Notes under the pieces: model-generated
What the model saw: the letters and a program-made list of their open reading frames with translations, nothing else
Told to the model about the DNA's origin: nothing
Databases searched by the model: none
NCBI RefSeq assembly: GCF_009914755.1
Contig: NC_060925.1
Length of the DNA stretch: 64,000 bases
Strand: one strand, 5' to 3'
From: the human T2T-CHM13v2.0 reference genome, Homo sapiens
Part shown: positions 1 through 23,136 of the stretch, one piece after another
How the letters are laid out: each line of letters starts with the position of its first letter
Position numbering within the stretch: position 1 is the first letter of the stretch
Translations under genes and position numbers: made by a program

Positions 1-167
1 TTGTTTGTTTGTTTTTGTTGTTGTTTTTGAGATGGGGTCTCGCTGTGTCCTCCAGGCTGGAGTGGAGTGGCACAGTCTTGGCTCACTGCAACCTCCACTT
101 CCTGGGCTCAAGTGATCCTCCCACCTTAGCGTCCCGAGTAACTGGGACTACATATGCCCTCCACTAA

Positions 168-314
<147 letters not shown>

Positions 315-1335
315 TAAACTTTTTAGATTCATAGGGCTATGGGAAATCTTTTCATGTTAGTTTTGGTTACTAAAGCACAGCCACAGCTGTTAGGGAAGGT
401 CATCCTCATACCTTAACTGTCAGAGTCTGAGAATTTTGTATTCATTGGTAGTTTGACCAGCCTGTCAACTTATTCTTGAAGAAATCCTCAAGATAAAGTA
501 TTAACATTTTTTTTCTACCTGATGATTTTTAGGTAAAGCAGCAGCTTTCTCTTTTTGCTATAATAATTCCATGTAATGTATAGTTTTTCCCCGACTCCCC
601 AGCTTTTTGAGACATTTGAAACAGAGAAGCTGAAAAAAAAACTATAATGAACTTTTGTATACCCATACTTATATATTTTTCCTGAATTATGTGAAAATTA
701 TAGATATCATGGCAGTTTACCCCAAATACTTCCATGCTTATCTCTTAAAATCAAGAATATTCTTTTTTTTTTTTTTTTTTTTTTTTTAAGACGGAGTCTC
801 ACTCTGTTGCCCAGGCTAGAGCAATGGTGCAATCTCAGCTCACTGCAAACTACACCTCCCGGGTTGAAGTGATTCTCCCGCCTCAGCCTCCCAAGTAGCT
901 GGGACTACAGGCACCTGCTATCATGCCCAGCTAATTTTGTGTTTTTGTAGAGATGGGGTTTCACCATGTTGGCCAGGCTGGTCTTGAACTCCTGACCTCA
1001 GGTGATCTGCCTGCCTCGGCCTCCCAAAGTGCTGGGATTACAGGCATGAGCCACTGCATCCAGCCAGGAATATTCTCCTAATACCACTATCCCATCTAGG
1101 AAATTTAATACTGATTCAATATTGATTCAATATTATATCATGTACAGTCCATTTTCAAATTTCGTTAATTAAATCAAAAATTAGGAAAGAGAGTGTTTTA
1201 ATCCAAGATCCAGTCAAGGTTTATATATTTCATTTGGTTATGATTTTTTAAATCTTTCATTATACTGGTATTTTTGAATTGTCTAGGCCACATTCTGATT
1301 TGTCTGATTATTTCCTCAGTATTAGATTCAAGTTA

Positions 1336-1881
<546 letters not shown>

Positions 1882-2130
1882 TCAGTAGACATAAAATGTC
1901 AGTTTGTCCTATTATCAATAATGTTAAAGTTTGGTAAATTTGGTTAATGTGATGTTTCCCAGCTCTCTGCATTGTAAATATATCATTTCCCTTCTTAAAT
2001 AGATATCTGGGCATGGACTTTGGATCGTATGCATATCCTGTTTCCCATGCATCTTTTACTCAATTATTTTAGCTTTTTGTTGTTTGTTGCTATTGTTGTT
2101 GTTTTTAAGATGGGGTCTCTTGCTCTGTAG

Positions 2131-2373
<243 letters not shown>

Positions 2374-2492
2374 TGAGTCACTGTGCTTGGCCTATTTTAG
2401 TATTTATTATCCTTTCTTGATTCAGTTATTACATCTGGGGTTGCAATATGGTGATTTTCCAATTGCCATTTCTTCTGCATTTATTAGCCACC

Positions 2493-2773
2493 TTTTTTTT
2501 GTTTTTTTGTTTTTCAGATGGGATCTTGCTGTGTTGCCCAGGCTGGAGTGGCTATTCACAGGCCTGATCATAGCGCACTACAGCCTTCAACTCCTGGGCT
2601 CCAGGGATCCCAGGGGCTGGGCATGGTGGCTCACACCTGTAATCCCAGCACTTTGGGAGATAATTTAACTTTCTCAGAATTAGAAGGCTAGTAAGAAAAA
2701 GTGCCAGGACCCCAAACCCAAGCCTCTTTAGCCTCGAGTAGCTGAAATGAACAGGTGCATGCCCCATGCCTGG
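2493..2773 (-). mobile_element. Fossil Alu monomer (FAM) interrupted by a 118-nt composite insert
   Basis: FAM/7SL-diagnostic gtggctattcacaggc..gatcatagcgcactacagcc; the element resumes at 2729 (tagcctc.gagtagctg). Confidence 0.75.
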
Positions 2774-3164
2774 TAATTAGCTAGCTTTTAAAAAATTTTT
2801 ATTTAAAGAAGAGTTTCCCCTTTTTCTCTCCTTCTTTCAGTATCACCATGGAATCATGAATTCTTTCTATATTCAATGTACTGTGCTATTTTTCTGTTGA
2901 TTTATTGGCCAGTGGGATCCTGTGTCCTTTTGAAATGGCCCCAGTGGTGTTTGAGTTCTTCCATCCTTTCTGACACAAAATATTTCAGACTCACCTTGTA
3001 CTTTCCTTGCTTCAGACCTGGAAGCAGCTATTTTTTTCAAGGAACCCTGGTTCCTTTCAGTGGCAGTGGTACTTAGAAACCAAGATCTAGGTGCTAAGTA
3101 TGCTTAAACAATAACCTTTTATAAAAAAACATTGCCTGAGGCCAGGCGCACTGGCTCACATCTA

Positions 3165-3476
<312 letters not shown>

Positions 3477-3951
3477 TCACGTGTTTTTAAAATGGTTCAT
3501 CTCTTGGTCCTTCCTCTAGTACTGTGTGGGTAGGCAGGTCAAATGCTAAAATCTTTATTTAAAGATGAAGAAGGTGAAGTTTAGAGATAATTTAACTTTC
3601 TCAGAATTAGAAGGCTAGTAAGAACAAGTGCCAGGACCCCAAACCCAAGCCTCTTACCAGTTTAATTTTTTTTTCTTTTTTTTCATAACATGTAGTCTCC
3701 TAAAAAAGTGTGTTTAGATATCTAGTAAAGCTATGTAGTTGGTTCGTGGTCTTGGTCACTGCCTGCCCATCTAAAGAGAACACTTCCTTTGTGAGAATAA
3801 CTGACAAACGACCAGAACCATAGAGGATATTTGCATCCTTCTGAGCATTGCTTGGGAGCTCCTTTTGTAATGGAGTTTGCTAAATGGCTTTCAGCAGTGC
3901 TTTATGATGCATGGAATGTTTGATGTGGGACTTGGAGAGCTCTGTTTGTAA

Positions 3952-4344
<393 letters not shown>

Positions 4345-4663
4345 TTAAAATGCTATGCTTATGCTGTAATTTAGTATTGCGCTGTTTGAAGGTCTCTTTC
4401 TTAACCCTACTTATTTTATTTTCACTAAAATTCAAGTTTTTCAAATTAACAACCTAAGGAAACTTTTTAGACATTTGTCCCCTATTCTCTGCCCACCATG
4501 AGAGTTTAATACCTCAGATATACTACATATCTGTATACTGATTATATTTGTACTTCATATATTAAAAGACTAAGATTTTTTTCATCCTCTGAGAACCATT
4601 TTTTGGCCCCTTTGGGGTGATATTACCCTTATTGAAAAACGCATGGAGTAGATGGAAAAATGA

Positions 4664-4972
<309 letters not shown>

Positions 4973-5442
4973 TGAGCCACTGCACCCGGTCAGTAATCCA
5001 TCTTATAGTTGCATATTGAAAATAAAGTGTCTTACTTGAATAACTAAATGCAGTCTATAAATTATTTCAGTCCTAATAGCACTATGAGCTTTTGGTTACC
5101 TGAAGGCTAAACTCATCCTACTGATCAAAGATAGTAATTTTTCACAAAGAGGAAGCATCAAAGTCTACAATCTTAATTTTTTTTCCTTCCAAAGAGTTAG
5201 ATAATTGAGATTTTTGATGATACTGGTGAATTTAATCTTTTTCAATATTGTTTTTCTCTGGAATTTATTGATATATAAGATATTACTTGAATATATTCTA
5301 ACGCTTAAGGTATACACGTGTTATTTCACCTAAAAATTCCCCCTTTCTCCTACCACTACCCCAGATGAAGAACTCTTGAGTCTTTGAGGGAGTAGAAACA
5401 TACTGCAGTGAGTTTTTTCTTTTTAACATTTACCCATTACAG

Positions 5443-5633
5443 ACCATCTTGTGTGCTTTGTGGGTTTTTTTCCTAAACATTTCCCTGTATGTCTTTTTAT
5501 TATTGTTTCCTGCCTTTGTCTCTTTTCCTTGTCCTTTGCTTTCTCTACTTCCCCCAATATTCCTTCCATTTCTCTTTCCCTGCCCTCTTATTTCTTCCCT
5601 CTCCTACATGTTATCTCCTTTCTTTTCATTCAG
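5443..5633 (+). promoter_or_regulatory. About 190-nt AG-exclusion zone / extended polypyrimidine tract of the first beta-specific acceptor
   Basis: No AG dinucleotide between 5443 and 5631; rich in TCTT/CTCT. Confidence 0.7.
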
Positions 5634-5727
5634 GACTATGAGAGTAAATTGCAGGCCTTGCAGAAGCAGGTTGAAACCCGATCTCTGGCTGCAGAAACAA
5701 CTGAAGAGGAGGAAGAAGAGGAAGAAG
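5634..5727 (+). CDS. KIF1B: KIF1B exon DYESKLQALQKQVETRSLAAETTEEEEEEEE (first beta-specific exon)
   Basis: ttcag|GAC ... GAAG|gtgaaa; 94 nt, phase 0 to 1. Confidence 0.96.
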
Positions 5728-7313
5728 GTGAAATCTAGAGACCGAAAGTTTCCTGTGTATATCTTTTTGAAGTTATATTATCAAATTAGTCATTTATGCA
5801 TAATCAAAGCTGGATTCCTCTTAGTTGGCCCTATCATTTATTGACATTTTACTGAGCCAGTTTACAGATGATTGAATAGATGTGCAGTGTTGAGAATCCA
5901 GGCTGTATTTTATGAGGTGGGGATGGGAGTGATGGTGTTCTTAGACCTTCGCACGGTTTCTGAGCACGTTCATTTAAATCCCTTAGGAAGTTGACCTGCA
6001 CTGTCTCTCATATTGCTGTAGATGTGACTTTTAGATATCCATTACAAATATAGAGCTGAATCTTTGTTAAGACAGTCTGTTCAATTTGAAGCCATTTCTG
6101 GCAAATTTCTAATCATATTGCTTAGTCATGTTTGCCTATCTTAGGTTTTCCAGCATTTCTTAGTTGAGTTAGGGCTTTCATTATTACTTATTGCCTTATA
6201 ATGCAGTATGAACACTTACCACAATTCGTTTTTCTACCCAACCTCTTGGCAATCTCAAGGCTTCAAACTAACTTTGAAGGAACTCTTAATTTATGTATTA
6301 CATTTCTTATTTATTTATTTATTTATTTACTTATTTATTTTTGAGACAGAGTTTTGCTCTTGTCGCCCACGCTGGAGTGCAATGGTGCAGTCTTAGCTCA
6401 CTGCAACCTCCGCCTCCTGCCTCAGCCTCCTAAGTAGTTGGGATTACAGGGATGCGCCACCATGCCCAGCTAATTTTGTGTTTTTAGTGGAGATGGGGTT
6501 TCACCATGTTGGTCAGACTGGTCTCAAACTCCTGACCTCAGGTGATCTGCCTGCCATGGCCTCTCAAAGTAATGGGATTACAGGCATGAGCCACTGCGCC
6601 CAGCCAATTTCTTATTTTTAAATAAGTGAGATGGTACCTTTTTTCTCTCTGTAACAGAAAAAAAAAAAGAAATATATGAAGTCATACAATGTAACAGAGG
6701 TCAGGAGTTTGTCTTTTTTTTTTTTTGAGACAGAGTCTCACTTTGTCACCCAGGCTTTAGTGCAGTGGTGCAGTCTTGGCTCACTGCAACCTCTGCTTCC
6801 TGGGTTCAAGCAATTCTCATGCCTCAGCCTCCTGAGTAGCTGGGACTACAGGTGTGTGCCACCACGCCTGGCTAATTTTTGTAATTTTAGTAGAGATGTG
6901 GTTTCTCCATGTTGGCCAGGCTGGCCTCAAACCCCTGACCTCAGGTGATCCGCCTACCTCTGCCTTCCAAAGTGCTGGGATTATAGACGTGAGCCACTGT
7001 GCCTAGCCAGGAGTATTTTTTTTTATTGTGGCCACATGTTATACCTTTTTTTAAAAAAAAGAAAAATTTATTTCTTTGTTGTACTATTTTAAATAAATAC
7101 AAAAGTAGGATTTTTAAAGATTTTCTGAAATGTATATATTGCTTTCATAATATCAACAGAATTTGGTAAGCTTTACTAAAAAGAAACAAAAGCAGCTGAA
7201 TGGAGAGAAACTGGAAAACACCTCACCTTGGTAAAAGAGATAAGCTAGAAGAGAGGTGTAATTTTTATATAGTTGTAAGATTGCCATTAAATATGCATCA
7301 TTCATTCTTTCAG

Positions 7314-7462
7314 TTCCTTGGACACAGCATGAATTTGAGTTGGCCCAATGGGCCTTCCGGAAATGGAAGTCTCATCAGTTTACTTCATTACGGGACTTAC
7401 TCTGGGGCAATGCCGTGTACCTAAAGGAGGCCAATGCCATCAGTGTGGAACTGAAAAAGAAG
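7314..7462 (+). CDS. KIF1B: KIF1B exon [18 protein letters not shown]...ISVELKKK
   Basis: ttcag|TTC ... AAG|gtatgg; 149 nt, phase 1 to 0. Confidence 0.96.
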
Positions 7463-7857
7463 GTATGGAGCAGGAGGACACAGGAGAGCTGGAGGCAAAG
7501 CCGAGCCTGCTGTGGGTGCATCTGGGTTCTCACCTTGAATTAACCTTTCCTTTGGGGGAACTCAGCTGCTTTGTGCTATAAAACAGCTTTATATATGTCT
7601 TTATTTAATATATGTGGCTGGAACATAGTAGGTGCTAATTAAATTTTTGTTAAATAAAATTTTTAAAACATGTTTTCTAGCTTATTTTACAAATAGACTA
7701 TATTCCTACAAAAACTGGAGAAACATAGTAATAGAAAAATACTTCTCTTGGGTTTCTGAATAATTTTAATTTTCTTCCACTTTTCTGTTATTAAGTTTGC
7801 ACCTCTAAGTTTGGTATGCCCCTTTGCCATTGATCTGCTTCTCCTCTAGGGTCTGAG

Positions 7858-8095
7858 AGGCACTGCTGTGTAGTGGACAAGCACATGCACCCTGGACCCA
7901 GACAGTCCAGGTTCCAGTCCCAGCTCCACGAGTGGTGTTGATCCCCCTAGCCCTGTGCCTCCATTCCCCCATCTACATAATGGGGTTGGCAGCAGTACCT
8001 GGCACCAAGGGATTTTGTGAGGAATGAAAATGGGCATATGCATAAAGCACTTATAGTGTCTGGCATGGTAAAAGGCAATAAATGTTATTCATTTT
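7858..8095 (+). mobile_element. MIR SINE (other MIR remnants at about 3480-3660(-), 36990-37215(-), 46950-47100(+))
   Basis: MIR core motifs such as gcctc..ccccatct..aatgggg..ttgtgagga..aagcactt..ctggca..caataaatgtta. Confidence 0.7.
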
Positions 8096-9488
8096 TGTAA
8101 GTATTACCAAAACTTCACACCAAACCTTAGATTCAGTCTTCTGTATGCCCCCGTGTTTATCAGTTTCTTCACTGCTAAGATTACAGTGGAAGACCATATT
8201 GTGTAGTAGGTAAGAGCATGGACCACCTAACTTTGGGGAAATTAATTATCTTCTCCTAGAACTAAATTCTAGTTTTAGGGAATACGATATGTTCTTCATT
8301 CATAATCTTGGCAGCCTTTCTCATTTTATAATTATTTATTAGCCACTCCTCTCCTCAAGTAGACTAAATAAAGGCAGTAACTGTCTTTTTTTCTTACTAC
8401 TGTGCATAGCATTTAATTAATATTAAATAATTGTTTAATAATTGTTGGTGAAACTATAACGTGGTAGGGAGAAATAAATGATGCAATGTCGTGAAGTACT
8501 TACCATATTTATTAAACACTTTTATAAAACCATATTTATTAAACACTTTTTTTTATGAGATAGGATCTGGCTCTGTCGCCCAGGCTGGAGTACAGTGGCG
8601 CAATTATGGCTCACTACTGCCTCCACCTTCTGGGCTGGGCTCAGTTTGTAGAGACAGGGTCTCACTGTGTTGCCTAGGCTGGTCTCAAACTCCTGGGCTC
8701 AAGTGATCCTTCCGCCTCGGCCTTCTAGTGTGCTGGGATTACAGGTGTGAACTTCCGTGCCCAGCCAAATAAATGCTTTTAAGAGCAGTAGTTGCAATCC
8801 TCTGAATTTAAAATGGGAAACCTTGCTGTGTTTTCATCCTCTCTCATTAGTGAGGGACTAGATATGCATTTTGTGGTCGACCTTTTGTTCTCTGGTATAA
8901 ATTCTATAAAAGTCTTCATTCATTCAATCAAAATGTATTTATAAAGATTTTATGCCGGGTGTGGTGGGTTGTGCCTGTGATCTGAGCCGCCAAGGTGGGT
9001 GGATCATTTGAGCTCAGGAGTTCAAGACCAGCCTGGGCAATGTGGTTAAACCCCATCTCTACAAAAAATTTTTAAAAATCAGCTAGGCTGGTGATGCATG
9101 CCTGTAGTCCCAGGTACTCAGGAGGCTGAGATGGTAGGATCACCTGAGCCTAGGAGGTGGAGGCTACAGTGCTCTGTGATTGCATCACTGCACCCAGCCT
9201 GGGTGACAGAGTGTAACCTTGTCCCCACCGTGCCTCCCCTCAAGAAGATTTTCGTATGTGCAAAAACACTGCCAGGCTAGGAAAACAAAGTCCTTAAATA
9301 GCTTAATTTGAAGTTAGGGTTATTCCCTATGACTGCTAACAGGTGGCCATATTTTTCAGTAGAAAGTTAGTCACAAGATATTTGTTGAGCACATTCGACC
9401 TCTTTCCCATTGGGTATGATTGTATCGTCTCATCTCTGAAGCTTGCTTGCTGAAAACCATTTGTCAATGGTTTATTCTTTCTATTCAG

Positions 9489-9667
9489 GTGCAGTTTCAG
9501 TTTGTTCTGCTGACTGACACACTGTACTCCCCTTTGCCTCCTGAATTACTTCCCACTGAGATGGAAAAAACTCATGAGGACAGGCCTTTCCCTCGCACAG
9601 TGGTAGCAGTAGAAGTCCAGGATTTGAAGAATGGAGCAACACACTATTGGTCTTTGGAGAAACTCAA
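9489..9667 (+). CDS. KIF1B: KIF1B exon [15 protein letters not shown]...HYWSLEKLK
   Basis: ttcag|GTG ... CAA|gtatga; 179 nt, phase 0 to 2. Confidence 0.96.
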
Positions 9668-10362
9668 GTATGAAAACATTCATAAAGGCTGGTTGTTTTA
9701 TTTAGGAAATAACAATGACCTGCTCAAGTGAGCTCCCTCCAGCTCTCCTCTCTCTGAGGACACTGTTGCTTACTTCCCTGTACTTTCTAAATGCTGTTGT
9801 TGGCCAATGGTATTACCATCCATCTGTTTTCTTTTAAGTGAATAAATGCACTCCTCACACACTCTGACATTTGTAGATATTTAAGTTTACCCTCCATAGA
9901 CCCTCTTATAAATTTTAAATATTCCAGTTTCATCATATTTCTGTTACAGATTTGGAACTTATTTATTTTTTCTATCCTGGACCTCAGGATAATCAATAAT
10001 AAACATGGAAGTTATAATCTGGCTTCTTTTACATGTAGTATAATGAGGTATTTCCCCCGTCTCAGTGTATTTGAGATGTCACATACAGTTGACCTACAAT
10101 ATTCCCCCTTATGACTTTTCACCCGGTAGAGGATAGGTGGCCATTCTTGACTTTTGATGGCTTATCTCTAGAATCAAGACACTTTAGATACTGAGTGTTG
10201 GTTTCTGTATTTTTGGGCTTCATTCTTTTTAGTAACATTAAACAGTGGGAGCAACTCCTTTTTTTTTTTTTGAAGAAAATCTTGAACGGAAGATGCTTCC
10301 AAAGTGAAAGTTTAATGCAATCTCATTATATTAACCCAATGTGCTTTGTGTTTACTAAATAG

Positions 10363-10500
10363 GCAGAGGCTGGATTTGATGCGAGAGATGTATGATAGGG
10401 CAGGGGAGATGGCCTCCAGTGCCCAAGACGAAAGCGAAACCACTGTGACTGGCAGCGATCCCTTCTATGATCGGTTCCACTGGTTCAAACTTGTGGGGAG
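10363..10500 (+). CDS. KIF1B: KIF1B exon [11 protein letters not shown]...[14 protein letters not shown] (first KIF1B-domain repeat)
   Basis: aatag|GCA ... GAG|gtatgt; 138 nt, phase 2 to 2. Confidence 0.96.
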
Positions 10501-11715
10501 GTATGTGATGATTTTGTTGATGTCTTCTTTTAAAATAATGATTAGTTTTAAGTGTTTAAAACCTGAGCAGATAATATAAAAAGTTAAGAGGAAAAAAAAA
10601 GGTGTAAAAAGGCCTTATCTATAATCTTATCCACTCACAACCACTGCGTCATTTGGTATATTTCCCTTCAGTTATATTCAGCAGGCATTTTTGTTTCGAC
10701 TCTCAAACTTTCAGCCAAAGTATTTAAATCTTCCCTGACTTTAAACTTACAAAGTGTTCTGTAATTGATTAAGATAAATTTAGAAGGAAAAGAAAACTTA
10801 CGCCTGTATCCTACACAGTTTAAATTCATAGTACAGCTTATCAGACACAATCTCTTCGTGATCTGATTTGTTTTTCTTTTTTTTAAAAAGCAATTCATCC
10901 CACTTTAGTCATTGCAAGGGTAAATTAATTGCACCTTGGTAGTCCCCTTCAGCCTCATTTTTTTTTTATACATTATTTCCAGCACTTAATGAAAACACAT
11001 AGTGCCTCTATGAGTCCATATTGAGTCAAGTGTTCTTAGAGGTTTTCAAATTTTCAAAGCAGGGAAATTTAACTTTGAGCTTATGATTTCAGAATTTGAA
11101 TTGCTTTTTCAATTGCAGAAAACCCTGTGATGTTTTTTAAAGAGGCTGGGTAAAAAGGAGTTGCTGAAGTCATAGTATGTTGTGGAAATGAAGTAAATCT
11201 TTTCCACTCTGCTCTGATAGCAAAGTAGTTTTTCAAAGAGATGAATTGGCCAAACACATCTTACCCTAGCAAAGCACATGCTGCTTTGCCATATGCCATT
11301 TCATCCATTTTGGTTTCTGCTCCAAAATGACGTGAGAATTTCAGTAAAGACTGAAAGCCTTCTTGTTTCACTTTGATGTTGAGTGGGTCCTTTGAGGCCT
11401 GGATGCTGATCTTTTATGTGAACTGGAGAATGTAAACGTGTTATAGCACAGTATTTACCTAGGATGGTCTACTCACGTGTTTCCTTTGCTTTTCTTATTC
11501 TAAGGATTAGTCCTTACATAACTTTTTCAACTTGCCCTTGTTCCCTTTCACCTGACCCAAATGATTTATGCTTATTTTATCCTTTTGCTTTTCCATTTGC
11601 TTTTATTGTGTTGATTCCCCAGTGGATTCTGTCCTGTTAGCACCTATTGCTTCCTGTTTAACCAACTATTCCTCTCTCCCTGGCTGTGTTAATTGGCGTC
11701 TTACCTGGTGTCTAG

Positions 11716-11964
11716 CTCCCCCATTTTCCACGGCTGTGTGAACGAGCGCCTTGCCGACCGCACACCCTCCCCCACTTTTTCCACGGCCGATTCCGACATC
11801 ACTGAGCTGGCTGACGAGCAGCAAGATGAGATGGAGGATTTTGATGATGAGGCATTCGTGGATGACGCCGGCTCTGACGCAGGGACGGAGGAGGGATCAG
11901 ATCTCTTCAGTGACGGGCATGACCCGTTTTACGACCGATCCCCTTGGTTCATTTTAGTGGGAAG
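11716..11964 (+). CDS. KIF1B: KIF1B symmetric acidic exon SPIFHGCVNERLAD...DPFYDRSPWFILVG (second KIF1B-domain repeat)
   Basis: tctag|CTC ... GAAG|gttggt; 249 nt, phase 2 to 2. Confidence 0.94.
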
Positions 11965-12666
11965 GTTGGTGAGGTTATTGTGAGAAAGGCGAAAAGGGAC
12001 CAGCTCTTGCTCTGAAGGCCTCCCTGCTTGCACAATTTTGGATAACCTTGCACTAGCCAATTCAACTCATGAATGCTCTTTTTCAAGTTCTCCAATACTT
12101 CAAGCTCTTAGTCAGTGCTGGTCTGGCTGAGATGGTTCTCAGGCATTGTGTGTGAGGTCCTCAGTCTACTCAGCACAATACGTAGCAATATATGAAGACT
12201 GCATGGAAGACACCTTGTCTTAAATTGCCCAGTAATTTTGTTCTGAAGAAGGGAACCCCAAAGGAGAAAGTAAAGCTAAGAGTCAAACGTAGTGGGTTCA
12301 GTGAATAGTATTATGGTCTAGATGTTTCCTTTTTAAAGGATTGTGATTGAAAAAGCATATGGAGGTAACATGAGAGAGGGGGCAGAGTGAGGCCAAGGTT
12401 TGGCTGAAGAATTTGTGGTACTGCAGGAGTCAGAGGACAAAAGTAGATTCAGGAGTAGAGTTAAATTTATTTTTTGCTTAGTCTACTGAATCCTAAAAAG
12501 AATCAGGAAAGTTAAGCTTCTCCTTTACCTAAAACGGATGCCTGTCTTTGGCCAGTTTCACTGAGCCTATCTACGGATCTTTGGCATCTGCTAAAATTTT
12601 AACCTATAGGGTTTATAATGATAAAGCTCAGAAAATCATCTATTGACCCCATCAGCAGTGAATATT

Positions 12667-22049
<9,383 letters not shown>

Positions 22050-22259
22050 TGAAACCGATTCTTTATTGACTAGTCTCATTTGAGCTGAGGAAGTTGATAA
22101 ATCTACATGAATAGAGTGCGAAGCAGCCCATGCCGTGTTACTACTTTGGTATCATTCTCTCATGCCAAAGACTTGAGTTTATAATCCAGCAAGAGCTTTT
22201 TCCCTCCCTCCCCCTGTGTAGTCTCACTCAATTCTTGCTAATTTTTTTTTCTGCTTTAG

Positions 22260-22345
22260 CGGATGAAGAAGCTCCTGATTATGGCTCTGGAATTCGACAG
22301 TCAGGAACAGCTAAAATATCTTTTGATAATGAATACTTTAATCAG
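22260..22345 (+). CDS. KIF1B: KIF1B exon [29 protein letters not shown]
   Basis: tttag|CGG ... CAG|gtgaga; 86 nt, phase 1 to 0. Confidence 0.96.
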
Positions 22346-22676
22346 GTGAGAAACCGTCAGGAAGAAGGAAAACCCTGTGGAAAGAGAAAGAATGTTCAGC
22401 ATTGGAGATCAGTTCTCCTGTAAAACTGAAAAATACAGGGTGCTGGTTGCCACAGAGTAGTTCAATAGAATATGGGACATGTCTAACAATTATGAAGGTA
22501 AAGGTGTATAGACTCAATATTCATATTTTATTCATTGCCTTTCCTCAGACAGCCCTCAGTCCATATAATTTTCCAGTCACTATTATTTGTTGGACAGATA
22601 AACAGAAGTAAGGCAACTGGGGAAAAATACGTTTTTATACTACTTTACCATGTATCTGCCCCTGCCTTTTTTTCAG

Positions 22677-22806
22677 AGTGACTTTTCGTCTGTTGCAATG
22701 ACTCGTTCTGGTCTGTCCTTGGAGGAGTTGAGGATTGTGGAAGGACAGGGTCAGAGTTCTGAGGTCATCACTCCTCCAGAAGAAATCAGTCGAATTAATG
22801 ACTTGG
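22677..22806 (+). CDS. KIF1B: KIF1B exon SDFSSVAMTRSGLSLEELRIVEG...RINDL
   Basis: ttcag|AGT ... TGG|gtatgt; 130 nt, phase 0 to 1. Confidence 0.95.
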
Positions 22807-22973
22807 GTATGTAGACATAGTTTACTGTGCTTGGGGACATTTTCGACAAAGGGAAAATATTGACCATTATCAAGGGACATAGTGGCCTTCATCAACTAGG
22901 AATGGAAAGCATGCCCAACTCCCTCCTCTTTGCATTATTTGAACCATCTGTGTCTTCATTTGACCCTCTTTAG

Positions 22974-23136
22974 ATTTGAAGTCAAGCACTTTGCTGGATG
23001 GTAAGATGGTAATGGAAGGGTTTTCTGAAGAGATTGGCAACCACCTGAAACTGGGCAGTGCCTTCACTTTCCGAGTAACAGTGTTGCAGGCCAGTGGAAT
23101 CCTCCCAGAGTATGCAGATATCTTCTGTCAGTTCAA
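22974..23136 (+). CDS. KIF1B: KIF1B exon [11 protein letters not shown]...[24 protein letters not shown]
   Basis: tttag|ATT ... CAA|gtaagc; 163 nt, phase 1 to 2. Confidence 0.96.

Noticed and set aside
2546-2610. 7SL-like sequence suggesting an SRP RNA gene
   Set aside because: The S-domain is missing; the sequence fits a fossil Alu monomer, and it is interrupted.
8502-8550. 22-nt direct repeat accatatttattaaacactttt next to an Alu tail
   Set aside because: Ordinary slippage-type micro-duplication with no functional hint.
11965-11974. Second donor TTG|gtgagg 4 nt after the cassette-exon donor
   Set aside because: Would frameshift; +4 GT sites are a common by-product of the donor consensus.
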